Positions 8,785 to 17,526 of a stretch of 64,000 nt of DNA are shown here, piece by piece. The notes beneath the pieces were generated by a model, which searched no databases, was not told the origin of the DNA, and was given only the letters and a program-made list of their open reading frames with translations. The first letter of the stretch is position 1. Each line of letters begins with the position of its first letter. The translations under genes were made by a program, and so were the position numbers. Source of the DNA: a virus; the IMG/VR virus record IMGVR_UViG_3300005436_000501, positions 63,095 through 127,094 of that record; one strand, given 5' to 3'.

Positions 8785-11682
8785 TCAGTTGCCGATGCCG
8801 GCGAGTGCGAGGTTGTTGCGGGAGTTGCGCTGCTGGTAGCGCAGCACCTCCGTGCGTACGACCTTCGCGATCCCGGCGTCGGAGTGCACGGCGCCCTGCA
8901 CGTTGACCACGACGATCACGCCGTTGCCCGCGGACGTGCCGCCGCCGACACCGGACCCGGCCAGGTTCAGCCCGGCCGTGGGCGACCCGAACCCGCGCAG
9001 TGCCGCGTTGCCGAGGCCCGCAGTCGCGGCCTGCGCGGCACCGTGCATGGACGCGATGCCGTTGACGAGGCCCTGGCCGATGTTCATGCCGAGTTCGTGG
9101 AAAACAGTCGAGGGAGAGTGCGCGCCGATCAGGGACTTGAATCCACCGACAATCTTGGAGCCCACGGACTTGACCGCGTCCCAGGCGGCGGACGCCATGC
9201 TCTCCACGCCGTGGACCAGGCCCATGATGAGGTCCTTGCCCGCTTGAAACAGCCAGCTGCCCGCATCCTTGAAGAAGCTGACGATCGCACTCCACACGGC
9301 CTTGATCGCGCCGACGATGCCGCTCACCGCGTCCTTGATCGCGCCGATGAAGCCGTCCCAGATGGCTTTGACCGCGCCGAGCACGGTGCTCTTGATGTCG
9401 CCGAGTACGGAGGTGAAGATCCCCTTGATGTCGTTCCACACGGTCACGACAAGGTTCTTCACGTCGCCCCAGAGCTTGCCCCATTGGCCGGTGACCAGAT
9501 CCGCGAAGATCTTCAGCACGCCCTTGATCAGGTCGAGGGCGGTGTTGACGACCCCGGTGATCACATCCCACGCGGCCTTGAAGATCCCTGCGACGACGTC
9601 CCACGCCGCCTTGATCACGCCGGTGATGATCGAGAGCGCGCCCTTCACGATCCCGGAGATGAAGTCCCATGCGGCCTTGACGATGCCCTTGATCAAGTCC
9701 CATGCCATGTGGAAAACGCCTTGCACGACGTCCCATCCGGCACGCACGACGCCCTTGACGATGTCGAGGTAGCCGCGCACGAGACCAGAGATGAAGTCCC
9801 AGGCGGTCTTTACCAGGCCCACGATGTGGTCCCAGGACTGAGCGAAGAAGTCCTCGATCTGCGAGAGGTGGTCCGAGATCAGCGACACGAGCTTGCCGCC
9901 GGTCGCGTTCCAGATCGTGGCCAGGCTGCCCCAGATCGACGACAGGTCGCCGGAGATCTTGTCCCACTCGGCGGTGATCGGCCGGGTCAGCCTGTCCCAG
10001 GTGTCCTTGATCCAGGTGATGGCCTTGCCGCCGGTGCCGTCCCAGATCGCCTTCAGGCCCGCCCACTGAGTCTTGAAGAACCCGGAGATGTCGCCCCACA
10101 CACGCTTGAACGCGCCCGACACGTCGTCCCACACGTGCTCAAGGAAGTGCGCGACGTCGGCGCTGATCCTCTTGATCTCGCCCCAGACCGTGCTCCAGTG
10201 CTTGACAAGCTCGACGATCCCGATCGTGATCAGTGCTATCGCGGCGACGATGGCCGCCGCGATCCACACGATCGGGTTCGCGAGCAGCACCGCGTTCCAC
10301 TCGATCGTCGCGATCGTGGCGGCGGTCAGCCCGACAACCAGGGCGCCGAGCGCGACACCGAGCCCGAGCAGCACGACCTTGTGTCGGCCGAGCCACGCCC
10401 CCGCGGTGGTGATCCAGCCGATGAACTTCTGCAGAACCGGGATCAGGACATTGCCGATCTTCACGCCCCACACGTCCAGGGCCGCGCCGATCTGCTTGAT
10501 CTGCTGCCCGAACTGCGCCTGCTGCGCCTTCCACGCCTCCTGCGCCTGCGCCGCCCTCGACGCGGCCGTCCCGTACGCGTCCGTCTTGGTCTTGAACCGG
10601 TCCATCTCGCCGAGCAGCGTCATCATCGTGCCGCTCGACTTGCCGCCCCCGAACATCGCCGACAGCGCCGCGGACTGCTTGACCGCGGCAGAGCCGGACG
10701 TCTCCAGGTTCGTCTTGAACTGCGCGAGCAGTGTGGTCTGCTGGTCGAGCGGGACACCCATGTCGGTGAGCGACGCCGAGTAATTCTTGAGCTCGGCCTG
10801 CTGCTCGACGAGCGAGAGCTTCATGGCCTTACCGGCCGGATACGTCTTCTCGAGATGCGCCTTGAGGTCCTCGAGCGCCGCGGACAGCCCGCCGGGGCCG
10901 CGCATGTCCTGCGCCATCTGCCGGCTGCTCATGCCGATGGAGTTGTACGCGTCCTGCGCCTTCTGCGTGGGCGCGGACATCATCGAGAACGTCATGCCCA
11001 GGCGCGTCGCGGCCTCGTTCGCGGGAGTGACGTTGTCGGTCAGGGTCGCCAGCGCCGCGCCCACGTCCTCGAACGACAGTCCGGCGGCGGCGGCCTTGGG
11101 CAGGATCCCGGTGCCGATCGCTTCGGCGAGCTGCTGCATCTTCATGTCGCCCATGCCGACCGTGGTGTTGAGCAGGTTCCCGGCGTCGGCGGCGTCCTTG
11201 ACGCCCTTGATCTGGCTCGCCATCACGCCGACCACGGCCTGCGCGGTCGTTTCGAAGTCGGACTGGCCGATCTGTGAGAGCTTCGAGGAGGCGGTGAGGA
11301 TGTCCATGGCCTGAGCGCCGCGGAACCCGGCGGACTCGATGTGGTACAGGCCTTCGGCGAGGGTCTCGGGTCCGATGCCGACAGCGGGCGCCAGGGCGAG
11401 CACGGAGCCCTTGAGCTTGTCGACCTCCTGCTGGGAGGCGCCGGCCTGGGTATGGACCATCTCCATGGCCTGGTCGAAACCGGTGGCCATCTTTACCGAC
11501 TCGTAGCCCACCCCGACGGCGGCGACGCCGATACCGAGCAGCGCGACCTTCCCGAACGCGCCCGCCTGCTCCATAGACGTCTTGGTGGCGTCCATCTCGC
11601 CGCGCGCCTCGCCCATCGCCGCCTTGAAGCCGGTGATGTTGCCGAGCAGATACGCCACAGTCGGAGGCAAGAATCCCGCCAT
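8785..11682 (-). CDS. Tail tape measure protein
   Basis: 965 aa; TP901-type core (FDQAM...AEGLYHIESAG...AATRL), ANPIVW, periodic W/F repeats, HSPSTVF. Confidence 0.93.
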   Translation of the reverse strand: MAGFLPPTVAYLLGNITGFKAAMGEARGEMDATKTSMEQAGAFGKVALLGIGVAAVGVGYESVKMATGFDQAMEMVHTQAGASQQEVDKLKGSVLALAPAVGIGPETLAEGLYHIESAGFRGAQAMDILTASSKLSQIGQSDFETTAQAVVGVMASQIKGVKDAADAGNLLNTTVGMGDMKMQQLAEAIGTGILPKAAAAGLSFEDVGAALATLTDNVTPANEAATRLGMTFSMMSAPTQKAQDAYNSIGMSSRQMAQDMRGPGGLSAALEDLKAHLEKTYPAGKAMKLSLVEQQAELKNYSASLTDMGVPLDQQTTLLAQFKTNLETSGSAAVKQSAALSAMFGGGKSSGTMMTLLGEMDRFKTKTDAYGTAASRAAQAQEAWKAQQAQFGQQIKQIGAALDVWGVKIGNVLIPVLQKFIGWITTAGAWLGRHKVVLLGLGVALGALVVGLTAATIATIEWNAVLLANPIVWIAAAIVAAIALITIGIVELVKHWSTVWGEIKRISADVAHFLEHVWDDVSGAFKRVWGDISGFFKTQWAGLKAIWDGTGGKAITWIKDTWDRLTRPITAEWDKISGDLSSIWGSLATIWNATGGKLVSLISDHLSQIEDFFAQSWDHIVGLVKTAWDFISGLVRGYLDIVKGVVRAGWDVVQGVFHMAWDLIKGIVKAAWDFISGIVKGALSIITGVIKAAWDVVAGIFKAAWDVITGVVNTALDLIKGVLKIFADLVTGQWGKLWGDVKNLVVTVWNDIKGIFTSVLGDIKSTVLGAVKAIWDGFIGAIKDAVSGIVGAIKAVWSAIVSFFKDAGSWLFQAGKDLIMGLVHGVESMASAAWDAVKSVGSKIVGGFKSLIGAHSPSTVFHELGMNIGQGLVNGIASMHGAAQAATAGLGNAALRGFGSPTAGLNLAGSGVGGGTSAGNGVIVVVNVQGAVHSDAGIAKVVRTEVLRYQQRNSRNNLALAGIGN

Positions 11683-11749
11683 TGCGAGGCACCCCCACCC
11701 CGCGTGGACTAGGCGTGCGGCGGCGGACTACGGCGCAGGGGGTGGCGTG

Positions 11750-12199
11750 CTACGCGTGGACGGCAGCGCGCCACGCCTTGGAGAACACGGCCGACAGGCG
11801 CCCCGAGTCGATCAGGTGTTGCAGCGCCGGCCCCAGGTACGGGCGGGCGGGCAGTGCCGTCGCGCCGCCCCGGCCGGTCACCCCGCCGAGTTCCTGGATA
11901 CGCCCATACACTGCCGTCGGACCGACCCCCGCGCGCCACGTGGCCGGCCCGACGCGCGCGGGCCCCTCTACTTTCACCGAGCGGCGTAGCGCGCCCGTCA
12001 CCAGATCCGGGGGCGCGCCCGGCGCGGAGCTCGTCGGCTCACCCTTGGCGTGCGACCCGATCGAGAGGTCCTCCTTCGTTTCCGCCTCGATCAGGTGCGC
12101 GCCCGCGGCCACGGCCTCGCGGGACGCCACGTCCGCCGCGACCACCATCGCCTCGATCGCGGCCGTGAACTCGGCCACGCCCAGGAGTTTGACGTCCAT
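11750..12199 (-). CDS. HK97 gp10-like tail completion protein
   Basis: TGALRRSV...YGRIQELGG...ARPYLGPA; start overlaps previous stop. Confidence 0.75.
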   Translation of the reverse strand: MDVKLLGVAEFTAAIEAMVVAADVASREAVAAGAHLIEAETKEDLSIGSHAKGEPTSSAPGAPPDLVTGALRRSVKVEGPARVGPATWRAGVGPTAVYGRIQELGGVTGRGGATALPARPYLGPALQHLIDSGRLSAVFSKAWRAAVHA

Positions 12200-12435
12200 C
12201 AGCGCCACCGCCGATCCTCGCGCTCGTTGCGCACCTCGTCGAACACGGCGGCGACCGGGAGCATCCGGTGGTAGAGCTCCACCGGCAGGTCGTCTACTTC
12301 TTGCGGGGTCCAGCCCCAGCGCTCCGCGAACGCGACGTAGATTTGCGCGTCGTCCCACCCGGTCCAGATGTCCCTGTGCTCGGGGACAGTGCCGCCCTCG
12401 AGCCGGGCCCGGATCCGGCGGAGGGCACGGAAGGG
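12199..12435 (-). CDS. Tail assembly chaperone -1 frame extension (gpT-like)
   Basis: -1 frame reads PFRALRRIRAR...FAERWGWTPQEVDDLP and ends at the next gene's start; no obvious own start. Confidence 0.6.
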   Translation of the reverse strand, partial: PFRALRRIRARLEGGTVPEHRDIWTGWDDAQIYVAFAERWGWTPQEVDDLPVELYHRMLPVAAVFDEVRNEREDRRWR

Positions 12436-12791
12436 GACTCGGGATTGTCGTAGTCGTCGGGGGTGACCTTCTCGCCGCGTAGTTCCATCAGCCGCGTGGC
12501 GACCTGGGTGACGTATTCGTGGCCGAGCAGCGTCTCGTAGTCGTCGATGGTGAGCTCGTCGATCGAGTCGAACAGCTCGGAGGGCAGCGGCAGCAACTCC
12601 CCGTCGTCGCCGGTCACGTTCCAGTCCTGCACGAGGATCGCGATGACACCGTCGGTGATGTCGACGGCCATGCCGCCCTGGCGCTGGTCGCGGCTGGTGA
12701 CGGCGCGCATGACGGCGCGTTGGTGCTTGGCCTTGAGCTTGTCGGGGGGCAGCAGGTCCGCCCACGCGCCCGACGGGAGGTCTATCTTCAT
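12294..12791 (-). CDS. Tail assembly chaperone (gpG-like)
   Basis: Acidic protein (LVQDWNV...LPLP) between tail tube and tape measure genes. Confidence 0.75.
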   Translation of the reverse strand: MKIDLPSGAWADLLPPDKLKAKHQRAVMRAVTSRDQRQGGMAVDITDGVIAILVQDWNVTGDDGELLPLPSELFDSIDELTIDDYETLLGHEYVTQVATRLMELRGEKVTPDDYDNPESPSVPSAGSGPGSRAALSPSTGTSGPGGTTRKSTSRSRSAGAGPRKK

Positions 12792-12806
12792 CCGGATCCT
12801 TAACCG

Positions 12807-13820
12807 TCACACATACGTCGAAGCGGCAATGGCGTTCTGGAGGCTGAGCGTCGCCGGCCCGTAGCCGCCGCTCGTGCCGATGTTCGTGGTGTTCAGCACG
12901 CACTCCCCAGTGGCGTCGAACATGATCGCCTCGGAGCCGAAGTTCGGCTTGGCCTCGGTGAACGCGGCCTGCTGCATGTCGACCTGCACCACCAGGGCGT
13001 TCGACAGGGTCAGGCCGTTGTTGAGGATGAACTGGATCTGCGGCTGGGTGTTGTTGCGCATGTACGTCAGCGGCGACTCGTCAGCGGCGACGAAACTCAG
13101 CTTCCAGTCCACGGTCAGGCCGCCGCGCTGGATGATGTACGGGTTCTGCGAGTTCTGCGCGGTGAAGTACGGCTTGAGTGCCCGCTTGAAGTTGAACTCG
13201 CCGCTCGCGCACGAGAGCACCGGTGCGCCCACGACCGTGCCGCCCACGCCGAGCTGCGACTGCCACGACGGCAGCGGCTTGGCCGTGGTGAACGTCGCCG
13301 TAGGGGTCGCCGCGGCGACATTGCTGATCCAGGACGCGGCCTTCGCCGTGTACGTGAGCAACTCGCTCTCGGCGTTGAACTTGAGCCCCACCTCGGACAC
13401 GCACGTGCCGGAGAACTGCCGGGCCTGATGGGTGGGCTCCGCCATGTAGTACTGCGTCACCGTGTGCGTCGTCGGCTGGCCGCCGCCGGTGTTGAGCAGC
13501 GAGAATTTGTGCGTGAACGGGGCGCTGGCACCGGTGGTGTCGTCGGCGCCGAACAGGTTGCCGATCAGGTATCCGAGTTCGTCGGCGAATACCGGCCCCT
13601 CGAAGTCCAACTCGCCGAGCTGGACGCCCTGGATGATGCCGAACGCGTCGTCGGCCATCACCCCGCGCAGGCCCTTGTCTTTCAACCAGGTGGGCTTGTC
13701 GTTCCAGTCGAATTTCGTGACCGGCATGAACGCCGCCGGCGCGACCGGGATGCCGGGCGTCACGTCCCGGGCGAAGCCGATGAACCGCTTGATGCTCGGG
13801 AACGTGCTGGGTGCGGGCAT
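12807..13820 (-). CDS. Major tail (tube) protein
   Basis: 337 aa; PFTHKF, TTHTV, FSGTCVSE; canonical position. Confidence 0.8.
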   Translation of the reverse strand: MPAPSTFPSIKRFIGFARDVTPGIPVAPAAFMPVTKFDWNDKPTWLKDKGLRGVMADDAFGIIQGVQLGELDFEGPVFADELGYLIGNLFGADDTTGASAPFTHKFSLLNTGGGQPTTHTVTQYYMAEPTHQARQFSGTCVSEVGLKFNAESELLTYTAKAASWISNVAAATPTATFTTAKPLPSWQSQLGVGGTVVGAPVLSCASGEFNFKRALKPYFTAQNSQNPYIIQRGGLTVDWKLSFVAADESPLTYMRNNTQPQIQFILNNGLTLSNALVVQVDMQQAAFTEAKPNFGSEAIMFDATGECVLNTTNIGTSGGYGPATLSLQNAIAASTYV

Positions 13821-13826
13821 GGCCGG

Positions 13827-14168
13827 TTACGCCTCCGTCGCGGTTTCGTCGGCCGCACCCGTGGGCGCCGGCTCGGGGGTGGCCTCGGCTTCGGCCCGCG
13901 CGGCGTCGGCGCCCTGCTGGGCGTCGAAGTCGGACTCGGTTGCCGGGGACAGGTCGCGGTGGGTCGGGGTGCGCTGCAGGTGCGCGATCCGGCCGGGCGC
14001 GAGCACGGCCGTGGCGCCGTCGCCCAGGACCACCAGGTCGACCAGTCCGCTGTTGCGGAACCAGCCGCCCCGGTCCGGCTCGGCGGTGGCTGTCTGCTCG
14101 ACCGGTGCGGGCGGCGGCGCGGTCTCCTCGGTTAGCGCCGGGGCGGGCGGGCGGGCGCGTGGAGGCAT
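13827..14168 (-). CDS. Hypothetical Pro/Ala/Glu-rich protein
   Basis: RBS AGGGGAG; fills gap in operon. Confidence 0.55.
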   Translation of the reverse strand: MPPRARPPAPALTEETAPPPAPVEQTATAEPDRGGWFRNSGLVDLVVLGDGATAVLAPGRIAHLQRTPTHRDLSPATESDFDAQQGADAARAEAEATPEPAPTGAADETATEA

Positions 14169-14234
14169 GGCTCGGCTCCCCTTTCGGGTGCGGGTCGGAA
14201 AGGGGTGCGGGCGGGTCGGGGCGTGGCCGGGCGG

Positions 14235-14672
14235 TTACTTCCAGGCGTGGGTGTGCCGGCGCCCGGCCGCGTAGGGGGAGCGCATGCCGCGGATCCGTTT
14301 GCCCTTCTTGAAGCGCGAGGCCAGCCGGGTGTGGCCGCGCTTGAAATGGGACGGGCGGATGCGTTCACGCCTCGGGCGCGCGGCCCGGCCGCGGTGCGTG
14401 GACGCCGCACGCCGGGCGGAGTGCCGGTGACCGGCACGCCGCGCAGGCCGGTGCTTGACGTGCGAACCCTTGTGCGGGTGCTTCAGCCCCTTGCGGCGCT
14501 TCGGGTGTCGGCGCGGCGCCCCTTTATGCCCGTGATGCTTGGCGTGGCTGCCCTTGTGCGGGTGCTTGCGGCCCTTCTCGCGGGCGCTGAGCTTCTTGCG
14601 GGTCGCCGCGGACTCGGGGCGGCGCTTGCCCGGATGGCGTCGGGCGCTGTGGCGTCTCGCGCGCCCTGCCAT
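14235..14672 (-). CDS. Highly basic Arg/Lys/His-rich protein
   Basis: 145 aa; KHPHKGSH twice; starts 1 nt after upstream stop; AAG/CAC/CGC codons. Confidence 0.6.
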   Translation of the reverse strand: MAGRARRHSARRHPGKRRPESAATRKKLSAREKGRKHPHKGSHAKHHGHKGAPRRHPKRRKGLKHPHKGSHVKHRPARRAGHRHSARRAASTHRGRAARPRRERIRPSHFKRGHTRLASRFKKGKRIRGMRSPYAAGRRHTHAWK

Positions 14673-14673
14673 G

Positions 14674-15204
14674 TCAGGCCTGGAGGTACTCGGTCGCGCC
14701 GAACCGCATCAGCAGATACGACTTGGTCAGCTCGTCCTTCGTCTCCGGCTGCCCGTACTCGATCTCGAGCCAATCGTGCTCGCCCTCGATCGCCTCGCCC
14801 GCCTGGAACACGGCGAGACCCAGGGTGCGGTCCTCGCGCAGCCGCACCTTGAGCGCGTCGCGCAGCGCGTACACGTCGTCCTGCGCGTCTTCTGCGTGCG
14901 GGGTGCGCGAGCGGATGTAGCAGTGCAGCTCGACCGTGTACGCGGCGCGTTTGAGCCCCGAAACCGCGCCACCGACCGCCTTGCGGGTCTCGTGCTCGTG
15001 GGGGATGAACACCACGATCTGGCAGCCGGTGCGCGACGCGGCGGGCAGCCCCTGGAAATAGTCCTGGTGGTTGTCGCGCTTCGCCCAGGCGCGCCGTACG
15101 ATCCCCACTCCAGGCACCGGCGAGGAGCGGTAGGTGCGGGTGACCGGGTCGTAGGGCCCGCCGAAGTACTGGCAGATACCGTCGAGCGCACTCTGGATGG
15201 TCAT
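14674..15204 (-). CDS. Tail terminator/neck protein
   Basis: MTIQSALDGI...YTVELH...LREDRTLG; ATGA overlap; position. Confidence 0.6.
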   Translation of the reverse strand: MTIQSALDGICQYFGGPYDPVTRTYRSSPVPGVGIVRRAWAKRDNHQDYFQGLPAASRTGCQIVVFIPHEHETRKAVGGAVSGLKRAAYTVELHCYIRSRTPHAEDAQDDVYALRDALKVRLREDRTLGLAVFQAGEAIEGEHDWLEIEYGQPETKDELTKSYLLMRFGATEYLQA

Positions 15205-16085
15205 CGGATCCGGCGTAGCCGCTCGAGCAGCCGCTCGGCCTCGTCGATCAGGCCGGAGCCGTCCTTGCGCGAGTCGTTCTGCCGTGTGCCGCTCGCCTGG
15301 CGCGAGTCCGGGTACGCGTCCTCCGCGGCGGTGTCCGGGCGCAGCAGTTGCGCGATCGTGTAGTTGGTCACCGCGAGCCGCGCGTCGTGCTCCATGTTCG
15401 TGAAGTCGTGCCCGACCGCGTGCGCGAACACGGCGGGCGCCGCCAACGGGACCGCCGTCACCACCGGGGGCACGGCGACCGCGGGTGGCGCGAACGCCGA
15501 GGAGACGGTCACCGTCTCCTCGGCGCCCGGCTCCCAGATCCGGTAGGAGGCGCCCGGCTGGATCCCGGTCGGGTCCGTCACGCTCAAAGACGTGGCGCCC
15601 AGGGATGCGGACGCCGCCAGGGTCGTGGCGACATACCCGGCCGTGTACGTCAGCTGCGCGTACACCTGGCAGCCCGCGCCAGGCGTACCGAACTGGAGCG
15701 ACCCCGACCAGGGGCCGCCCGCGCCGATCGTGATCTCGAGGTTGCGCCCGTCCTCGCTCCACACGCTCGGGTTCGCGATCGTGGTCATCGCCGTGGGCGT
15801 GTAGCCGTAGCCGACCGAGGAGACCGCGATCACAGGCCCGTGATCGGGGTGGATCTTCAGGGTGCCGGTCCGGCTGAAGCGGGTGCGCAGGTTCTGGACG
15901 TTCTGGTGCGCGAGCAGCGGCTGCTCGAGATAGCCGTCCGCCCACGCCGAGGACATCAGCAGCAGGTTGTTCAACTCGGCTGCCTGGTCGGCGGTCAGGG
16001 CGTCGCCGTAGCGCAGGTCGTCCAGGTCCAGGTAGGTGGGGTGGGCGGTGAACGCGGCGACGGACACGAACGGGGTGACGATCAA
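15201..16085 (-). CDS. Head-to-tail adaptor protein
   Basis: LLMSSAWADGYL, LTYTAGY, EAERLLERLRR motifs. Confidence 0.7.
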   Translation of the reverse strand: MIVTPFVSVAAFTAHPTYLDLDDLRYGDALTADQAAELNNLLLMSSAWADGYLEQPLLAHQNVQNLRTRFSRTGTLKIHPDHGPVIAVSSVGYGYTPTAMTTIANPSVWSEDGRNLEITIGAGGPWSGSLQFGTPGAGCQVYAQLTYTAGYVATTLAASASLGATSLSVTDPTGIQPGASYRIWEPGAEETVTVSSAFAPPAVAVPPVVTAVPLAAPAVFAHAVGHDFTNMEHDARLAVTNYTIAQLLRPDTAAEDAYPDSRQASGTRQNDSRKDGSGLIDEAERLLERLRRIR

Positions 16086-16156
16086 CGGGTCCGCCTCCCG
16101 GTGTTCACGGGCGGCGCGTCACGCCGAACGGGGAGCGGGTGGCGGTGCGCGCCGGG

Positions 16157-16351
16157 TCAGCGGGTGTTCGGTGGGTCGGTGTTTTCGGCGCCGATCCACG
16201 CCCCGGCCGGATACACGGCCACGACCCACTCGCCGCGGCCCTCGCGGGCGGTGACGACCAGGTTCCCGGCGTCGTCGACCGACACGTCCTGGCCCGCGTC
16301 GTGCACGACTTTCTCGGGGCGCGGGCCGGCGAGCCGAACGGTGACGGGCAC
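16157..16351 (-). CDS. Small hypothetical protein
   Basis: GTG overlaps upstream TAG; VDDAGNLVV...VAVYPAGAW. Confidence 0.5.
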   Translation of the reverse strand: MPVTVRLAGPRPEKVVHDAGQDVSVDDAGNLVVTAREGRGEWVVAVYPAGAWIGAENTDPPNTR

Positions 16352-16812
16352 TACTGGGCCGACGCGATCAGGGCGGTGACGGTCGGGGCTGTTCCGCCGG
16401 TCAGCACGGTGAGGTTCGCGCGCACATACCGTACGGCCTTGCCGGTGGCGGTCTGCACGTCGCCGGTGGTGGAGGTGGACGTCGCGAGCGTCGCCCACGG
16501 CCCCGCGGCGGCGAGCGATCCCTCGAGCAGGACCGTCACCCCGGTCGGTGACCCGGTCGTAGAGGTCTGCAAGGTGTGTGCGGAGCGTACGACGCCGAGG
16601 TCGGTTACGGTGCCCGGCCCGGTCGATGTCGCGGCCGACAGTGACGCGACGGGACCGGCGCCGCTGGACGTGGGCAGGGTGCCGCCTGCGCCGACGGCGA
16701 GCACGTTGCCCTCGCCGTCGGTGATCGCGACGGCGCGCGCGGCCGGGGTGGTCAGGTTGGTTGCGGGCTGGGTGACGCATGCGCCGCCGGTGCCCTGCAC
16801 GATGGACGCCAT
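16351..16812 (-). CDS. Probable virion decoration/minor structural protein
   Basis: Thr/Gly/Ala-rich beta protein, LEGSL...W, RYVRANLT. Confidence 0.55.
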   Translation of the reverse strand: MASIVQGTGGACVTQPATNLTTPAARAVAITDGEGNVLAVGAGGTLPTSSGAGPVASLSAATSTGPGTVTDLGVVRSAHTLQTSTTGSPTGVTVLLEGSLAAAGPWATLATSTSTTGDVQTATGKAVRYVRANLTVLTGGTAPTVTALIASAQ

Positions 16813-17195
16813 CAGGGTGTGGTGTCCGCGACGCGCACCCACTGGCCGTGCGCGCAGCCGATGCTTCCTGCACCGGGGGGCGGTCCGGCGGGGTTGCACT
16901 CGCGGCACGGGGCTCCGGGCTCACCGGCGGCCGTCTCCCAGTGGAAGGACGGCCCCGCCGCAGGTTCGGCGGGCGCGTCCCCGGCGGGCTTGTCGTCCGC
17001 GGGCTTGGCCCCGCCCTCACCCGCCGACGCCAGCTTCGGCTCCGGGGCACTGTCTGGCGTGGCGGCCGGGTCCGGCTCGGTGTGCGGGGTAGCGGCCGCA
17101 GGGTTCTTCGCATCCTTGGGCGCCACCGCGCTGTCCGGCTCGCTCGCGTCCGCTGCGGGCTTCGCCGCGGCGCTCTTGCGCGGGGTGGTGGGCAT
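16812..17195 (-). CDS. Hypothetical low-complexity protein with C-terminal CxxC...CxH
   Basis: MPTTPRKS; TGATG overlaps on both sides. Confidence 0.55.
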   Translation of the reverse strand: MPTTPRKSAAAKPAADASEPDSAVAPKDAKNPAAATPHTEPDPAATPDSAPEPKLASAGEGGAKPADDKPAGDAPAEPAAGPSFHWETAAGEPGAPCRECNPAGPPPGAGSIGCAHGQWVRVADTTP

Positions 17196-17458
17196 CAGCT
17201 CTCCCTCTCGCACTCGCCGCCGCAGCGCGAGCACTTCTTCACGAACGATCCGAATCCGCACGACCCGCACCGGTAGCCGATCGAGCGGCGGGTGCCGCCC
17301 GACAGGGACGCCGGGAACGCGCCCTCGGACCGCAGCGCCTTGACGTGCATCGGGTCCTGCACGTCCATGATCCGGCCCGGGTATCTGGTGACCTGGCCGC
17401 TCTGGGCGCCCTTGACCTCCATGCCTGCGACCGTGCTGCTGGGTGCTGCCAGGCGCAT
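17195..17458 (-). CDS. Small zinc-ribbon protein
   Basis: CGSCG...CSRCG; RBS AAGGAG. Confidence 0.65.
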   Translation of the reverse strand: MRLAAPSSTVAGMEVKGAQSGQVTRYPGRIMDVQDPMHVKALRSEGAFPASLSGGTRRSIGYRCGSCGFGSFVKKCSRCGGECERES

Positions 17459-17478
17459 GCGGGACTCCTTTCACGACA

Positions 17479-17508
17479 CGGCGCCCGGCCCGGTTGAGCC
17501 GGGCGCCG
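17479..17508 (-). terminator. GC hairpin after capsid gene
   Basis: CGGCGCCCGGC-8nt-GCCGGGCGCCG inverted repeat. Confidence 0.5.
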
Positions 17509-17526
17509 CTCGGTATCAGGGGGCGA

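Noticed and set aside
9200-10200. Periodic sequence repeats in tape measure
   Set aside because: Ordinary Trp/Phe-periodic tape measure repeats
8566-11277. 903-aa plus-strand ORF and similar long Arg/Pro/Gly-rich ORFs across the window
   Set aside because: Shadow frames of tape measure and other GC-rich genes
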